Shown here: one piece after another, positions 61,199 through 64,000 of the stretch
Numbering within the stretch: position 1 is the first letter of the stretch
How the letters are laid out: each line of letters starts with the position of its first letter
Source: Podospora anserina
Taxonomy: Eukaryota
Length of the DNA: 64,000 nt
Direction: 5' to 3'
Assembly (NCBI GenBank): GCA_017654855.1
Contig: CM030338.1
Span: 3,534,001-3,598,000 of the forward strand
Program-made: the position numbers and the translations under genes
Notes under the pieces: model-generated
Database searches by the model: none
Told to the model about the DNA's origin: nothing
Seen by the model: only the letters and a program-made list of their open reading frames with translations

Positions 61199-64000
61199 TT
61201 ATATTTAACTTTATAAGTATAACTAATAAGTTTAAATACTTATTTTTTTTCTACTTAAATCGATTAATATATTACCGGCAAAATCTTTATTTTTATTAAG
61301 TAATTTAAATTTATTAATTGCTTTTACGATTTATCTATAGCCGAGTTATCTAACTTATTAACTAAGTATTTTAATTAACCTTTACTAAACTATAAATTTA
61401 ATATTTCCTTTACATTATGCTCCTCTTCTTTATCCTCCGCTACCTCCTAAATATTAGCGTTACTTATCGGTAGTACGAGTTTCAGAAGTAAGATATTAAA
61501 AGTATATAGTTATAAATATATCGTACTAAGTAACTCTAGCTCGAATATTGTTTCCGATATTTTCCTCTTAATTTTTCATAGGCCTACTTTCCTAAAGTCT
61601 AACTTTTTATTAGGTCTCTTAGTACGTAAATTACGTATAGAAATAAATACTATATCCCCCCCTTAAAGGCGAGGTCCTTCGAGTTTTTTAGAGTTATAAT
61701 ATTTCCGTATCCTCTTCTTTATAAACTCTAGTTTTTCGTTAAGTTTACCGTAGAATATATATAGCCTACTTACTTTAACCGTAACTTGGGAACCTTTATA
61801 TCCGATCCCTGGTATAGGTTTACCTTATATCCAATATTTACGAAAAAGAGTATAACTTTTATCGTTTTTATTAGCGATATACTATGTATTAACTATACCG
61901 TAAGTAATAGTTTAACCTCATTATTTTATTCAAAGTTAATATAATTCTATAAATACTAATTTTACGATTTATTTATTCCGTTCCGTTTAATTATTTATAA
62001 GGGTAATAAGTTAAAGACACTTTATTTATTATCGCTAACTTCGTTATCAACAGTTCTTAAAGCTTTGATACGAATTTGATATTACGGTCCCTAATAAACC
62101 TTTTTATTTATATATATATATTTATAATATACTATAATGATATAATCTTTGATTACTTTACCAATTATGTTTCTTTATAGGGTGAAAAATACGTTTATTT
62201 AATAAACCTATTAACTATCGTTAATATACTATCGTACCTAATACCGGTCATTATATTTTTTGGACTTTAGTAATTTCATAATAAAGTTACTTATAATCAA
62301 ATTCTATAGCCGTTCGGCTATTAATAATAATTCTATAAATCTATAAGGTTTATACTTTTTAATCTTTTTTAATACATATAGTATAGTTAAATAATTTTCT
62401 TAACCTTCTTTTTAATGTTTAATTAGTTAAAGTACTACTTAATTTTTTCTATAGTTTTTATAATACTTATATATCCTCAAAAATTCGACGTATAGATTTC
62501 TATCATTAGTACTGTTCTAATATCTAGCTTTACGTAGGCTCGGTTCTTTACTATAGTCATCCCCAATTATCCTTCTTAATATTTTACGGTTTTAGTTTAT
62601 CCTATTAGTATTATGTAATAATATTATTATTTAACTTCCTTAAACATTTATTAAAAGTAGATCATTTCGAATGTACTATATAATATTTCACTTACGGTTA
62701 AAATAAATATTTAAATGTACTATTTAACACCTCTTTGAATAATAATAATAATTCCCTAAATATATTTTTATAATAGTCGATTTGCCGGCTAAGTGCGCTT
62801 ACCCTGGCATTTTTCGAACCCTTTTTATAATTAATCTCGAAATTAAATTCCGAGAGAAACTCTAAAGTATCGGGTTTACCGTGCGTGAAAGACTTTTATA
62901 ATAGTAAAATATCGTAAGTTCTTATAATTTACATAGATTTATATTTTATAATTAAAGTATAACCTGTTTTTTTCGAACATTTTAGTAGTAGTAAATAGCT
63001 CCTTATTATAAGTTAGGTAATTTTAACGTACCTGCTCTAGTTTCTTCCGGAAAAAAATAACCGTGTATAAGTTTCCGTCGTTGTTTTACTAGCCTAATTA
63101 TCCACCGATCGTTTAATCTAATATATTAACTTTAACCTTGAACGGCCAACTAGGGCTTAGTAACTTAGATATCAGGTCCTTTAAAATATACTTAATTCCA
63201 AAAGGCCTACTTTTTTTCCTACCCTTACCGGAACTCTAAATCTTTTTAATTAAATAATGAAACAGGCGTACAGTCCCCGCGTATTTCTAGATAAATATCT
63301 AATAGAAATTTATAAATCCTAAAGATTCCCTAATATATATTTATAATTGCGACGTAGGTTGGTGTTCAATTGCAATAAGCTTTCTAAATTCTATACGAGC
63401 TTTACTTAATAATATCAAATATCCTAAATATATCATCTTCTATATATAAAACTCTTTTTTTTCCTTTTTAATTAAAAATCCGGCTCCGTATAATACCCTA
63501 AATATGTTTTGTATTTAGGATTTATATTTCTAAAGTACGTAAGTAAATAAGAATATCGTCGAGATAGTATATTATTATTTTATCCAAATATTTCCGGATT
63601 ATACCATTAAGAAAAGATTAGAACGTTATTAGTATAATACATAATCCGCATAATATTACGGAACATTTAAGATAACTATAAGGTATATAAAATATTTTCT
63701 TTTATTTATCCTATTTTTTTGTTTATATATAGACGGATCCGATAAATATATTTAAATGTATAAAGTATCGCGTTCAAATTAACTATTTCTATAACCTAGA
63801 TATTAATAGTATTAAGTTACTATCCTTGTACCGTCTCGTTATTTCATTAACCGTAAATTATGTATAGTCGCAAACCACCGTCCTTTTTGGGTATAAAAAA
63901 ACAAAAAGTATCTTACTAATAATAGAAAACTCTTTAATATCTTTTTAAATTTTTATTTTCATATTTTTAAAATTCTTTACATTACTTATCGTTAATATAA

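Larger units (their letters stand above)
33950..64000. other. AT-rich, RIP-mutated transposon island
   Basis: Abrupt GC drop, TpA excess, CpA/TpG depletion, and long frames broken by TAA/TAG at expected Gln/Trp positions. Confidence 0.95.
59407..64000 (-). mobile_element. RIP-degraded Ty3/Gypsy element running off the window edge (3' LTR, 3' region, IN, RH, RT)
   Basis: 3' LTR 59407-59848; PPT complement CCCTCCTCCT at ~59854; RT YYLDDI on the minus strand at ~63553-63572. Confidence 0.9.

Overview
Filamentous ascomycete (Sordariomycete; Colletotrichum-like by gene content, an inference) with a sharp two-compartment layout. Bases 1 to ~33,950 are gene-dense with spliceosomal introns: eIF3c (NIP1), divergent RPS14/RPL7 with an intronic box C/D snoRNA, ISA2, a secreted tandem ricin-B-like protein, RPS19, an ankyrin + HxE/PCxxC deaminase-like protein, a ZIP zinc transporter, MDM10, scytalone dehydratase, a DUF2293 protein, an AA7/BBE-like FAD oxidase, a secreted nucleoside hydrolase, FAD synthetase and a probably frameshifted F-box gene. 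Bases ~33,950 to 64,000 are an AT-rich, RIP-degraded island containing three Ty3/Gypsy chromovirus-type copies, several solo LTRs, two Fot1/Pot2 DNA transposons and an unidentified RIP-fossilised coding matrix. Most notable: a ~70-nt tRNA-like Pol III module and an antisense Cys-rich ORF carried in the 3' region of the Gypsy copies, LTRs sharing R-U5 but carrying different U3 regions, and the ankyrin-deaminase gene whose zinc motif appears only after splicing. Exon boundaries were read by eye and no database searches were run.
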